A stretch of DNA of 37,582 nucleotides from Cyanobacteria bacterium J06626_4. GTDB lineage: Bacteria > Cyanobacteriota > Cyanobacteriia > Phormidesmidales > Phormidesmidaceae. The notes under the pieces were generated by a model. The model was not told the origin of the DNA and did no database searches. It saw only the letters and a list, made by a program, of their open reading frames with translations. The translations under genes and the position numbers were made by a program. Of this stretch, positions 9,532 through 17,798 are shown in pieces (within the stretch, counting starts at the first letter, position 1; the number at the start of each line of letters is the position of its first letter). Where the stretch lies: positions 1 through 37,582 of the forward strand of contig JBCBJQ010000056.1 in the NCBI GenBank assembly GCA_038523235.1, given 5' to 3'.

Positions 9532-9620
9532 CTCTTGTCTTTATTGTATGAAATAGAGAAGTTTTGTGTGAGTAACAACGTAATTGTTCATGAAAGACGT
9601 GTGAGCTGAAGTGAGGTTGC

Positions 9621-9644
9621 CGCTGCGGGCGATCGCCCGCAGCG
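9621..9644. repeat. 24-bp perfect palindrome centred on HIP1
   Basis: CGCTGCGGGCGA|TCGCCCGCAGCG. Confidence 0.85.
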
Positions 9645-9707
9645 AGCCGAGGCGGGGCTGTCTATACTGAAGGACGTCCAGCGATTCAGCCAATTAAGGG
9701 GGAGAAC

Positions 9708-11159
9708 GTGTCCGATCGCATTTTGTTTTGGCATCGCCGAGATTTACGAATCAGCGACAATCTGGGTTTGGCTGCCGCGCGATCACGTTCTCCCCAAGTG
9801 ACGGGTGTTTTTTGCTTAGATCCTCACATTCTGAATCGGGATGATGTCGCGCCAGCGCGGGTGGCTTACATGATCGGCTGTCTGGCCGATCTGCAACAGC
9901 GCTATGCCGCCGCAGGCAGCGACTTACTCATTCTGAAGACCGATCCGGTCAGCGGTATCCCGGCTTTGGCGACTGCCATTGGCGCGACCGTTGTCTATTG
10001 GAATCGCGGGGTTGAGCCCTACTCTCGCAATCGCGATACCGCCGTCGCGACTGCCCTCAAAGAGAACGGGATTGAACTCAAAACGACTTTTTGGGATCAG
10101 CTGCTGCAGGCGCCGGGCACTGTGTTAACTAAATCGGATGACACGCCTTACACCGTCTACAGTCCGTTTTGGAAGAATTGGATCGGCCAGGCCAAAACGG
10201 CACCGGTGGCTACTTTAGAAGCTGCTGAAGGGTTGTCATCAGAGCAGCAGGCGCAAGCTAAGGCAGTGGGGGCGATCGCGCTGCCAACCGCCAAAGACCT
10301 CGGGTTTGTCTGGGATGCACCGCTCGTGTTGGCACCGGGAGAAGCGGCCGCCCGAGACCAGCTCGCCCAATTTTGTGAAGATGACCGCCAGATCGCGGCC
10401 TATGGTGAGCAACGCAATTTTCCCTTTGTGGAAGGCACCTCGCGTCTCAGTGCCGCTTTGAAGTTTGGCGCGATCGGCATTCGCACAGTTTGGGAAGCTG
10501 CCGATCTGGCCTATGGTCGCTGCCGCAGTGATGAAACCCACCAGCAGGTGCAAACCTGGCAGCAAGAACTGGCCTGGCGTGAGTTTTATCAGCATGTGAT
10601 GTACTACTTTCCTGAATTAGCCGCAGGCCCTTATCGTCAGCAGCTGAAGGATTTTCCCTGGGTCAACAATGAAGCTCACTTTCAGGCGTGGTGTGCGGGC
10701 CAGACGGGCTATCCCATCGTGGATGCGGCGATGCGGCAGCTAAATGAAACGGGGTGGATGCATAACCGCTGCCGGATGATCGTCGCTAGCTTTCTCACGA
10801 AGGATTTGATCATCAACTGGCAGTGGGGTGAAAAATACTTCATGCAAAAGCTGGTGGATGGTGACTTGTCTGCTAACAACGGCGGTTGGCAGTGGAGCGC
10901 CTCCAGTGGCATGGACCCTAAGCCTCTGCGGATTTTTAACCCTGCTAGCCAGGCCCAAAAGTTTGATCCAGACGCTGAATATATTCGTCAGTGGCTGCCA
11001 GAGATTCGCCATTTAGACACGGCTGAACTGGTTACTGGCAAGATTCCTCCGGAAGCGTGTGATCGCGCCCAATATGTGCGCCCAATTGTGGAGCATAAAA
11101 AGCAGCAGGCCATCTTTAAAGAAAAATACCAGGCTCAAAAAGCGCGAACGTCTACTTAG
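9708..11159 (+). CDS. phrA: Deoxyribodipyrimidine (CPD class I) photolyase; ortholog of E. coli PhrB
   Basis: WHRRDLRISDN, TSRLSAALKFG, ELAWREFY, GQTGYPIVDAAMRQL, GWMHNRCRM and NNGGWQW. Confidence 0.95.
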   Translation: MSDRILFWHRRDLRISDNLGLAAARSRSPQVTGVFCLDPHILNRDDVAPARVAYMIGCLADLQQRYAAAGSDLLILKTDPVSGIPALATAIGATVVYWNRGVEPYSRNRDTAVATALKENGIELKTTFWDQLLQAPGTVLTKSDDTPYTVYSPFWKNWIGQAKTAPVATLEAAEGLSSEQQAQAKAVGAIALPTAKDLGFVWDAPLVLAPGEAAARDQLAQFCEDDRQIAAYGEQRNFPFVEGTSRLSAALKFGAIGIRTVWEAADLAYGRCRSDETHQQVQTWQQELAWREFYQHVMYYFPELAAGPYRQQLKDFPWVNNEAHFQAWCAGQTGYPIVDAAMRQLNETGWMHNRCRMIVASFLTKDLIINWQWGEKYFMQKLVDGDLSANNGGWQWSASSGMDPKPLRIFNPASQAQKFDPDAEYIRQWLPEIRHLDTAELVTGKIPPEACDRAQYVRPIVEHKKQQAIFKEKYQAQKARTST

Positions 11160-11259
11160 TTGTGACCGCAAACGTCAGGGTTGATATTTTCTGGTCAAGC
11201 ATTGGGCCAGGAACAGGCAATCTGGCTAAATCAATAGACATAACGCCGGCAGCTGCAAT

Positions 11260-11277
11260 ATAGTACAAAAATACTAT
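11260..11277. promoter_or_regulatory. Putative cyanobacterial LexA-type box
   Basis: ATAGTACAAAAATACTAT is palindromic (ATAGTA/TACTAT), one mismatch from AGTAC-N4-GTACT, and lies about 20 nt upstream of the M23 gene. Confidence 0.45.
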
Positions 11278-11299
11278 TTTGTAGTCAGGCGAGTTCATC

Positions 11300-12031
11300 A
11301 TGAAGTTGTCGTTCAAGCCGTCGCCGCTGGCGGATCGCGATCGCGGTCAGCCGAGTCAGCGCTACTCTAGCCACTACTTACCCGCGGCTTCAGGGGCTGG
11401 CGAGCCAGCGACAGTAGCAAAATTGCCGCGTATGGTTCGGCGGCGCTCTACTTGGCTAGGGGCGATGGGCTTGGCTGTACTCGGGGGGCTCATCTGGGCG
11501 GTGGCCGAGCTGGGCTATCAGCCGCCGCTGGTGGAGGCACAGGCGACTCAGGAGGTCATGCAGGAGCCGCTGTCGCCCTGGCAGTCGGCGTCTTTTCCGG
11601 TTGAAGAGTTTTTGGCCTACACGTCAGCTTTTGGTTACCGCGATCATCCTTTTGGCGGACGCAGCTTTCATTACGGGTTAGATATTGCGGCGCCGATGGG
11701 CAGCTACATTCGCGCCTGGTGGTCAGGTCAGGTGGTAGAAGTGACGGATGATACGGCTTGTGGTACCAGTGTGGTCATCGAATCATCTGGTTGGCTGCAT
11801 ATTTATTGTCATTTGCAGGGGTATGTGGTGATTGAGGCCGATGGCGATCGCTGGCTGGTCGATCACGACGGTGGTATTAAAGTGCGTCAGGGTGACACCG
11901 TTGAGAGCGGCCAGCGGATTGGCCGTATTGGCATGACGGGGCGCACAACTGGCCCGCACTTGCACTGGGGGATGAAATATCAGGGTACTTGGGTTGATCC
12001 GGCGGTTGTTGTCAAAGCAATGCTGGAATAA
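11300..12031 (+). CDS. M23 family metallopeptidase (membrane-anchored)
   Basis: TM segment, TSAFGYR, HYGLD (HxxxD), YCHL and GRTTGPHLHW (HxH). Confidence 0.92.
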   Translation: MKLSFKPSPLADRDRGQPSQRYSSHYLPAASGAGEPATVAKLPRMVRRRSTWLGAMGLAVLGGLIWAVAELGYQPPLVEAQATQEVMQEPLSPWQSASFPVEEFLAYTSAFGYRDHPFGGRSFHYGLDIAAPMGSYIRAWWSGQVVEVTDDTACGTSVVIESSGWLHIYCHLQGYVVIEADGDRWLVDHDGGIKVRQGDTVESGQRIGRIGMTGRTTGPHLHWGMKYQGTWVDPAVVVKAMLE

Positions 12032-12130
12032 TGCTGGCAGCTCTCCCAGGCTAAGTTTCCAGGCTCGATGACGATGCTTGCTCCTCGACTGCCATGTGGG
12101 CGCTGTCGGGTAGACGGTGTGGCTACTCTC

Positions 12131-12949
12131 TCATTGCTGAACCAGTGTTTTGAGCGGTAGCTCTTGGTTCAGTTTGCCGCTGCGGTAGCCTTCTAAATCG
12201 AGAGTGACGTAGGTGAAGCCAAAATCTTGAAAGGCAGCGACGAGAGCTGGTAGATCGGTCGCTTCGACAAAAGCCTTGATGTCGGCAGGGGGCAGCTCAA
12301 TGCGCGCCGAGTCTGCTGCTGAGCGAACGCGTAGGTTCCGTAAACCCAGCTGTCGCAGATAGCGTTCACAGCGGGCCACTCGCTGCAGTTTATCCGTCGT
12401 GATCGATTCGCCATAGGGAAAGCGGGAACTGAGACAGGGCTGAGAGGGTTTGTCCCACCAGGGCAAGCCAAGCGATCGCGAAATTTCTCTCACCTCGAAT
12501 TTGGTGATACCGACTTCGGCTAGGGGCGATCGCGCACCGCGCTCTTTAGCGGCTTGAATGCCGGGACGATAGTCGCTGAGATCATCGGCATTCACTCCAT
12601 CCACCACGTAGGGATACCCCCGCTGGGTGGCCAGCGGCTTGAGCGTGTCGTGGAGTTCGCTTTTGCAAAAGTAGCAGCGGTTAGCGGGATTGCTGGTGTA
12701 ATTGGGATTCTCCATTTCGTAGGTTTTGACTATTTCATGAGCAATGCCAATGTCAGCTGCCTGCACTTTGGCGTCTTCGAGATCTTCGGTCATCAGCGAG
12801 GGGGAATCAGCCGTTACTGCCAACGCGAGATCGCCCAACACGTCGTAAGCCACCTTCGCTACCAGTGTGCTGTCGATGCCTCCTGAATAGGCGATCAGAG
12901 CCTGTTCCATGTCGTTGAACAGGCTTTGCAAAGCTTCTAACTTGCTCAT
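12131..12949 (-). CDS. larE: LarE-family ATP-dependent sulfur insertase (PP-loop)
   Basis: AYSGGIDS, NRCYFCK, DYRPG, DKPSQPCLSSRFPYG and DLEGYRSG. Confidence 0.9.
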   Translation of the reverse strand: MSKLEALQSLFNDMEQALIAYSGGIDSTLVAKVAYDVLGDLALAVTADSPSLMTEDLEDAKVQAADIGIAHEIVKTYEMENPNYTSNPANRCYFCKSELHDTLKPLATQRGYPYVVDGVNADDLSDYRPGIQAAKERGARSPLAEVGITKFEVREISRSLGLPWWDKPSQPCLSSRFPYGESITTDKLQRVARCERYLRQLGLRNLRVRSAADSARIELPPADIKAFVEATDLPALVAAFQDFGFTYVTLDLEGYRSGKLNQELPLKTLVQQ

Positions 12950-13102
12950 CTCTCTCGAAATTCCTCAATGCATCACTCTGTTGACCAGACTAGCGAATTC
13001 CTCTCACACTTTGATTGCTGAGGAGTCCGGGCTCAAGGGCGTTGCCTGTGACTTCGATGGATTGCCTGGGATTGCCGTGCTAGGTGACAGCGCTCAGCAG
13101 AC

Positions 13103-14275
13103 TTAGAGATCTAAAAAGTCGTTGTAGATCCAGCTGCCGTCATCCACTTCTGACCACCGGTTTTCGGTTCGCCCCGTAATGGTCACTGTGGTGCCGTTGG
13201 GCACAAAGCCCACTAAGTCAAACTCTGTACCAGGCCCGGAAAATGCCAACGCATCTAGCCCGTCGGCAGTACTGACCTGCACCTCACGCGAATCGCCCAG
13301 GTCTAGAGGTGGGGTGGGCTCGGTGGGTGGATTGGGTTCGGTGGGTGGATTGGGTTCGGTCGGTGGATCGGGATCGGTCGGGGGGGGAGGCGCGGGACTG
13401 CCACCACTAGCCGTATTAGGAATCGCGCGATCGCTATACAGCAAGCTGCGAGTGTCAGGGCCAGCGACACCATCTGCAGGCAGTCCATTGAGCTGTTGAA
13501 AATTTTTAACGGCCTGCTCGGTGTCAGTGCCGAAATACTCATCAGGGACAAAATTGGGTGTGACGTAAGCGAGGTCAAGCAGTCGTCGCTCTAAATCAAA
13601 AACAGCCAGGTTGCGCGTGCCGACTTGCAAAAGTAAGGGGTCAGGCGGCGGTACCGGCGGTGTGGGTGGTGCTGCTGGCACCGGCTGGTTGATCGGGGTA
13701 CCGATGCGAATAAGATTGCTCGCGACCCAGTGGCCATCGGTCAGTTGGGCCCAGCCCTGCTCATAGCGCCCCGTAATGGTAATAAGCGTGCCTACGGTGA
13801 GCGTATTAACGGCCGCGTACTGCACGCCGGGGCCGCTGCGAATATTGACGTTGAAACCAGTTGGCGGGGCAATATAAGCTGTCGTGGCACCGCTCGCGAT
13901 CACAGGCTGTGAATTAATCAGATTGCCTGCTACCCAAGTCCCTTCTGTGAGCTGCGCCCAGCCATTTTGATAGGCCCCTGTGAGGGTGATGGAACTGTTA
14001 GAACGCAAGGTGTTGACCGCCGCATATTGAGTGCCAGGGCCGTTGCGAATATTTAAGTTGTAGCCCGATGGCGGGTCAACGTAGGCGATGCCTGCGGGGG
14101 GAAAGATGTTGGCCTGTAGTGCTGGGCTAACAGTGCTCAGGGCAATCGCACCCACGAGTACGGTGCTCCCTGATGGCATCAACCGCCTGATTCTAGCCAC
14201 GGCACGATCATGCTGGGCGGTGGGTATCGGCGTTTCGTAAAGTTCCCAGAGCAGAGATGTCGCGAGAAAATCCAC
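13103..14275 (-). CDS. Secreted SH3-SH3-peptidoglycan-binding-SH3 protein with Pro-rich linkers
   Basis: Two LNIRxGPG..GWAQL..W SH3b repeats, PG-binding motif FGTDTEQAVKNFQQLNGLPADGVAGPDT, and a third SH3 (SGPGTEFD). The GTG start at 14275 is inferred; the ORF is open to 14350. Confidence 0.85.
   Translation of the reverse strand: MDFLATSLLWELYETPIPTAQHDRAVARIRRLMPSGSTVLVGAIALSTVSPALQANIFPPAGIAYVDPPSGYNLNIRNGPGTQYAAVNTLRSNSSITLTGAYQNGWAQLTEGTWVAGNLINSQPVIASGATTAYIAPPTGFNVNIRSGPGVQYAAVNTLTVGTLITITGRYEQGWAQLTDGHWVASNLIRIGTPINQPVPAAPPTPPVPPPDPLLLQVGTRNLAVFDLERRLLDLAYVTPNFVPDEYFGTDTEQAVKNFQQLNGLPADGVAGPDTRSLLYSDRAIPNTASGGSPAPPPPTDPDPPTEPNPPTEPNPPTEPTPPLDLGDSREVQVSTADGLDALAFSGPGTEFDLVGFVPNGTTVTITGRTENRWSEVDDGSWIYNDFLDL
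13311..13388 (-). repeat. 18-bp coding tandem repeat encoding PPT(D/E)P(D/N/T), about 4 copies
   Basis: GGTTCGGTGGGTGGATTG-like units; the protein reads PPTDPDPPTEPNPPTEPNPPTEPTPP. Confidence 0.85.
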
Positions 14276-14388
14276 GATAGTTGCTTCCCAACAGCGGTAG
14301 AGGACACCAACTTTAAACAGTTTATCTGGCTGCACGGCGTCTCTGCCCAAGTGTCTAACTGGGGTAGCCTACCGTTGTCATTGAGGCC

Positions 14389-15588
14389 CTAGGGCTGGGC
14401 TGGCAGGAACTGCTGCAACAGATTCAGAATATTGAGACCCATAATTTTTCTGATGTCTGCTTCAGTGAACCCATTTTTCTGCAGTGCTTGGGTGATCTGA
14501 TTCAGATTGGCCACGTCAAAGGGCACTCGAACTGCGCCATCAAAGTCTGAGCCCAGGGCAACATGGTCGATGCCCACTTGCTCTACGACATAACGAATTG
14601 CGTGAACAATCGCCCCAACGTCATCACCACAGACCGCTGTTTGCCAGAAGCCGATACCAATGACGCCTCCGGTTGCGGCAATTTGTTGCAGTTGGCGATC
14701 GCTCAGATTTCTCACTCCTGCACATGTGCCTTGGACGCCAGTATGAGAAACCAAGACAGGACGTTCCGTGATTTGCAAGACGTCATCAATGGTTTGGGGT
14801 GAAGCATGGGCGAGATCAACCAGCATGTTGAGTTCGGTCATCCGTTGAATGACATTTTGACCAAACGGTGTGAGGCCCTCCTGGCTCAAACCGTGGGCAG
14901 AACCTGCCACTTCGTTATCAAAGAAGTGAGAGAGTCCGATCATCCGGAAGCCGGCATCATACAGACGATTGACAGTATCAAGATGGCCTTCCAACGCTTG
15001 AGCGCCTTCTAAACCGAGTAATCCTGCTGTCATCGGTTGGCCGGCTGCTTTGCTAGCGAGATAATCATTGAGATCTTGCTGATTTTCGATGACCTGGAAT
15101 TGGCGAGGTAATTTCTGCTCGAGTCGTTGCAGTTGCTTAGCCTGGTAGAGGGCGCGCTCAGCCAGACTCAACCAAGTAGCCATTGGCCAGCGTTGCAGCA
15201 GGGCAAGTTGTATGATGCTGTCACTATCGGCGGGATTGCCTTCTAGCAATAAAGGGGTGGGTACTTTTGTGACGACAGTGAAAACTTGCAGAGCTACATT
15301 GCCTTGTAGCAAGCGAGGCACATCGACATGACCAAAGTCGGACTGTTGGGACAGGTCTCTTCCCCACAATAAGGAGTCGGCGTGTAAATCAACAATGGTG
15401 AGGGAGTCATGCAATGCTTGAACATCTGAGCTGATTGATGGCAGGGGCTGGCTACCCACTGAATTCAAGCGTTGGGCGATGAAAGTTGGCCCCATAGAAA
15501 AAATAATGATCAATAATGCGATCGCTAAGCTCGTTGCTGCAATCAAGCCTAGTCGGACAACTTGTTTGAGTGGTCTGCTGCGTCTCAT
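14389..15588 (-). CDS. M19 membrane (renal-type) dipeptidase
   Basis: N-terminal TM, DLHADS, GHVDVPRL, LGLEGA, DLAHAS, SHTG, RNLSD and LGSDFDG. Confidence 0.92.
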   Translation of the reverse strand: MRRSRPLKQVVRLGLIAATSLAIALLIIIFSMGPTFIAQRLNSVGSQPLPSISSDVQALHDSLTIVDLHADSLLWGRDLSQQSDFGHVDVPRLLQGNVALQVFTVVTKVPTPLLLEGNPADSDSIIQLALLQRWPMATWLSLAERALYQAKQLQRLEQKLPRQFQVIENQQDLNDYLASKAAGQPMTAGLLGLEGAQALEGHLDTVNRLYDAGFRMIGLSHFFDNEVAGSAHGLSQEGLTPFGQNVIQRMTELNMLVDLAHASPQTIDDVLQITERPVLVSHTGVQGTCAGVRNLSDRQLQQIAATGGVIGIGFWQTAVCGDDVGAIVHAIRYVVEQVGIDHVALGSDFDGAVRVPFDVANLNQITQALQKNGFTEADIRKIMGLNILNLLQQFLPAQP

Positions 15589-15931
15589 GACGATTAATCA
15601 TCTGATTTGTCTGGACAACTGTTTAACTCAAAGAATGTCTCATCAGAGATCGGCGTTTCAGATTTAGACGAGGGCCAATTATCGGTGAGGCATGGTAACG
15701 ATACCGCCCTTTCAGGAGACTCATCCTGTGGTCTTCACCGCCGCTTTCTGAAACGTTGTGCCATGAAGTTCGGTAAGACCTTGCACAACTATCCGTCACT
15801 ATACGGGTAAGACCGGTATTATCTCTCTGGGTGGCAAACTCTGGTATCAGATGTCAGTCTTAAAGGCAGTGGCAGATTAGTTTGGGTGCTGCTGAAGTCG
15901 TAAATTATCGAATGTTATAGGTTCTTGAGCT

Positions 15932-16705
15932 GTGGAACCCAATTTTTATGGTCCTGTCGATGATATTCCTGAGGCTCAGCGTGATGCGGTGTCGACAGGG
16001 GCCCAGGGCGGTGGTTGGCGTGGCCCGCGGCGCTGGCTGATCTGGTTTTTGGTCGGTCTGCTGAGCGCGATCGCGGGGCTAGCGGTTTCGTGGCTGACTT
16101 ACCAAGAGGCTGAGACCGCTCTACCGATACCATTCTTACCGATGACAAGGGCGGCAGAGGTCAGTGACGTCAATGATCTCGTCGGGAATTCGGGGTCTCA
16201 ATCTTCTCTGCTAGGACACTTTCCTTATGAAGAGGCTGATCCGACTGAACTGGTGAGTGTGGCGAGTAATGCATCCATTCAGCTACGGCCGGCGGCGGCG
16301 ACTAATTTTGATGAGATGGTGGCTGCTGCTAGATCTCAAAATATCTATCTCGTGCCGATTTCTGGATTTCGCTCGGAGGAAGATCAAGAATATTTATTTT
16401 TTGAAATTCAAGCCCAGCGAGGACAGACGCCCCGAGTGCGAGCGGAGGTGAGCGCGCCACCGGGCTTCAGTGAGCACCACACTGGGTATGCGGTTGATAT
16501 TGGGGATGCGGATGTCCCAGATGCCAACCTGAGCGTTGCGTTTGAAGAGACTGCTGCCTTTGAATGGCTAGCGGTGAACGGCCCCCGTTATGGCTTTGAA
16601 CTCTCGTTTGAAGAGGGGAATGAGCAAGGTGTGCAGTATGAACCCTGGCATTGGCGGTTTATTGGCGACTCAGATAGCTTGCAAACGTTTTACCGCGATC
16701 GCTAA
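15932..16705 (+). CDS. M15B (VanY-like) D-Ala-D-Ala carboxypeptidase
   Basis: ISGFRS..Q, APPGFSEHHTGYAVD and YEPWHWRF, with one TM anchor. Confidence 0.92.
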   Translation: MEPNFYGPVDDIPEAQRDAVSTGAQGGGWRGPRRWLIWFLVGLLSAIAGLAVSWLTYQEAETALPIPFLPMTRAAEVSDVNDLVGNSGSQSSLLGHFPYEEADPTELVSVASNASIQLRPAAATNFDEMVAAARSQNIYLVPISGFRSEEDQEYLFFEIQAQRGQTPRVRAEVSAPPGFSEHHTGYAVDIGDADVPDANLSVAFEETAAFEWLAVNGPRYGFELSFEEGNEQGVQYEPWHWRFIGDSDSLQTFYRDR

Positions 16706-16937
16706 ATGCCGGGCATTGCTCCCCGAGCTGTCACCTGTCATGCACCGCATAGCCTTGCCGGTAGAGCTTCGTTAAAGTAACAGGACTAAGCGTTTTCTCA
16801 AGTGTCTGGTCGTGTCTAAACAGCCAGCATAGACATCGCGTCGTCAAAAGTGAGCGGTATGCCTAGCTGGGGCTGACCGGTCTGTGAGACGGGCATAACC
16901 TGAGAAGATGAGACAGTGAGTTCAGCGGAAAGAATCG

Positions 16938-17642
16938 ATGGGTCAAACGACGCTCAATATCGTAGCAATCACCATTTTTGTGGTGACAACAGGCATGTTG
17001 CTCGGCCCGCTGCTCAACATTCCTCAAGCGTTACCGGTCATTACGATCGCCACTCTTTTGGGCATTGCGACGCTTGACCAAACCAGTTTGAATGGCACTC
17101 TAGGCAACCTTTTGATCAATGGCGTCAACCGCCTATCGGGTGAAGAGCGCGATCGCGTGGTGCGTCATGAGGCTGGACATTTTTTGGTGGCTTACCTGCT
17201 CGATATTCCGGTCGCTGACTACACGCTCAGCGCCTGGGAAGCCTGGCGTAAAGGCATGCCTGGCTTGGGGGGCGTGCAGTTTGACACCACTGATCTGGAA
17301 GCGACGCTGAAAACCGGACAGCTCCCCGCCCAGACGCTCAATCGCTATTGCACGGTGTGGATGGCCGGGATTGCTGCCGAGAAACTTGTCTACGGTGAGG
17401 CCCAGGGCGGTCAAGACGATCGCCAAAAGTTTTCGATCCTGTGGCAACAGCTGCAGCGCCCGCTGCAAGAAGGACAAATGCGCCAGCGCTGGGCGGTCGT
17501 GCAAGCCCAAACCCTCTTAGAAAAGCACACCGACGCCTATCAAGCGCTGGTGACTGCTATGACTGAAAACGCTCCTGTACAAGACTGTCTGGCGTTGCTG
17601 CAGGCCCAGGTGGGCGATGAGTCAGCCCCTGCTCAAACGTGA
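16938..17642 (+). CDS. Membrane M41-like Zn metalloprotease lacking an AAA domain (cyanobacterial/plastid family)
   Basis: N-terminal TMs, RVVRHEAGHFLVAYLL, MAGIAAE and GGQDD. Confidence 0.85.
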   Translation: MGQTTLNIVAITIFVVTTGMLLGPLLNIPQALPVITIATLLGIATLDQTSLNGTLGNLLINGVNRLSGEERDRVVRHEAGHFLVAYLLDIPVADYTLSAWEAWRKGMPGLGGVQFDTTDLEATLKTGQLPAQTLNRYCTVWMAGIAAEKLVYGEAQGGQDDRQKFSILWQQLQRPLQEGQMRQRWAVVQAQTLLEKHTDAYQALVTAMTENAPVQDCLALLQAQVGDESAPAQT

Positions 17643-17798
17643 AGGTCTCCCATTGGTGTGACGGCGCGCGATCGCCAGACGGCGACTTGCAGCCGTCATT
17701 AGGTTTGGCTGACTGACTGTGCCGTCAATGCTCAGTGCGATCGGGGGTGTTGCCGCACAAATATGCTGAAATAGGTGGGATGTTGTTGATGAGGGGTC

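Noticed and set aside
9469..9600. Glutamine riboswitch (glnA or downstream-peptide motif) upstream of DUF4278
   Set aside because: Expected from the family context, but no CGTTC...GGAAG..GAAGGAACG-type core is visible and the predicted UTR is short.
12019..12053. AATGCTGG duplicated across the M23 stop codon
   Set aside because: Could be a small duplication shortening the C-terminus by a few residues, but all catalytic motifs lie upstream and an 8-bp repeat can be chance.
13179..13578. GSVGGL- and PIHPPN-repeat ORFs
   Set aside because: Other frames and strand of the 18-bp Pro-linker repeat; not a CRISPR array, as there are no unique spacers.
15772..15814. GGTAAGACC repeated twice in the M19/M15B divergent gap
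   Set aside because: Only two 9-bp copies with no known consensus; insufficient to call a site.
16860..16935. TPP riboswitch-like words (GGGG..TGAGA..AACCTGA..CAGCGGA)
   Set aside because: Lacks the ACCC pairing strand and the TAAT loop, and the downstream gene is unrelated to thiamine.
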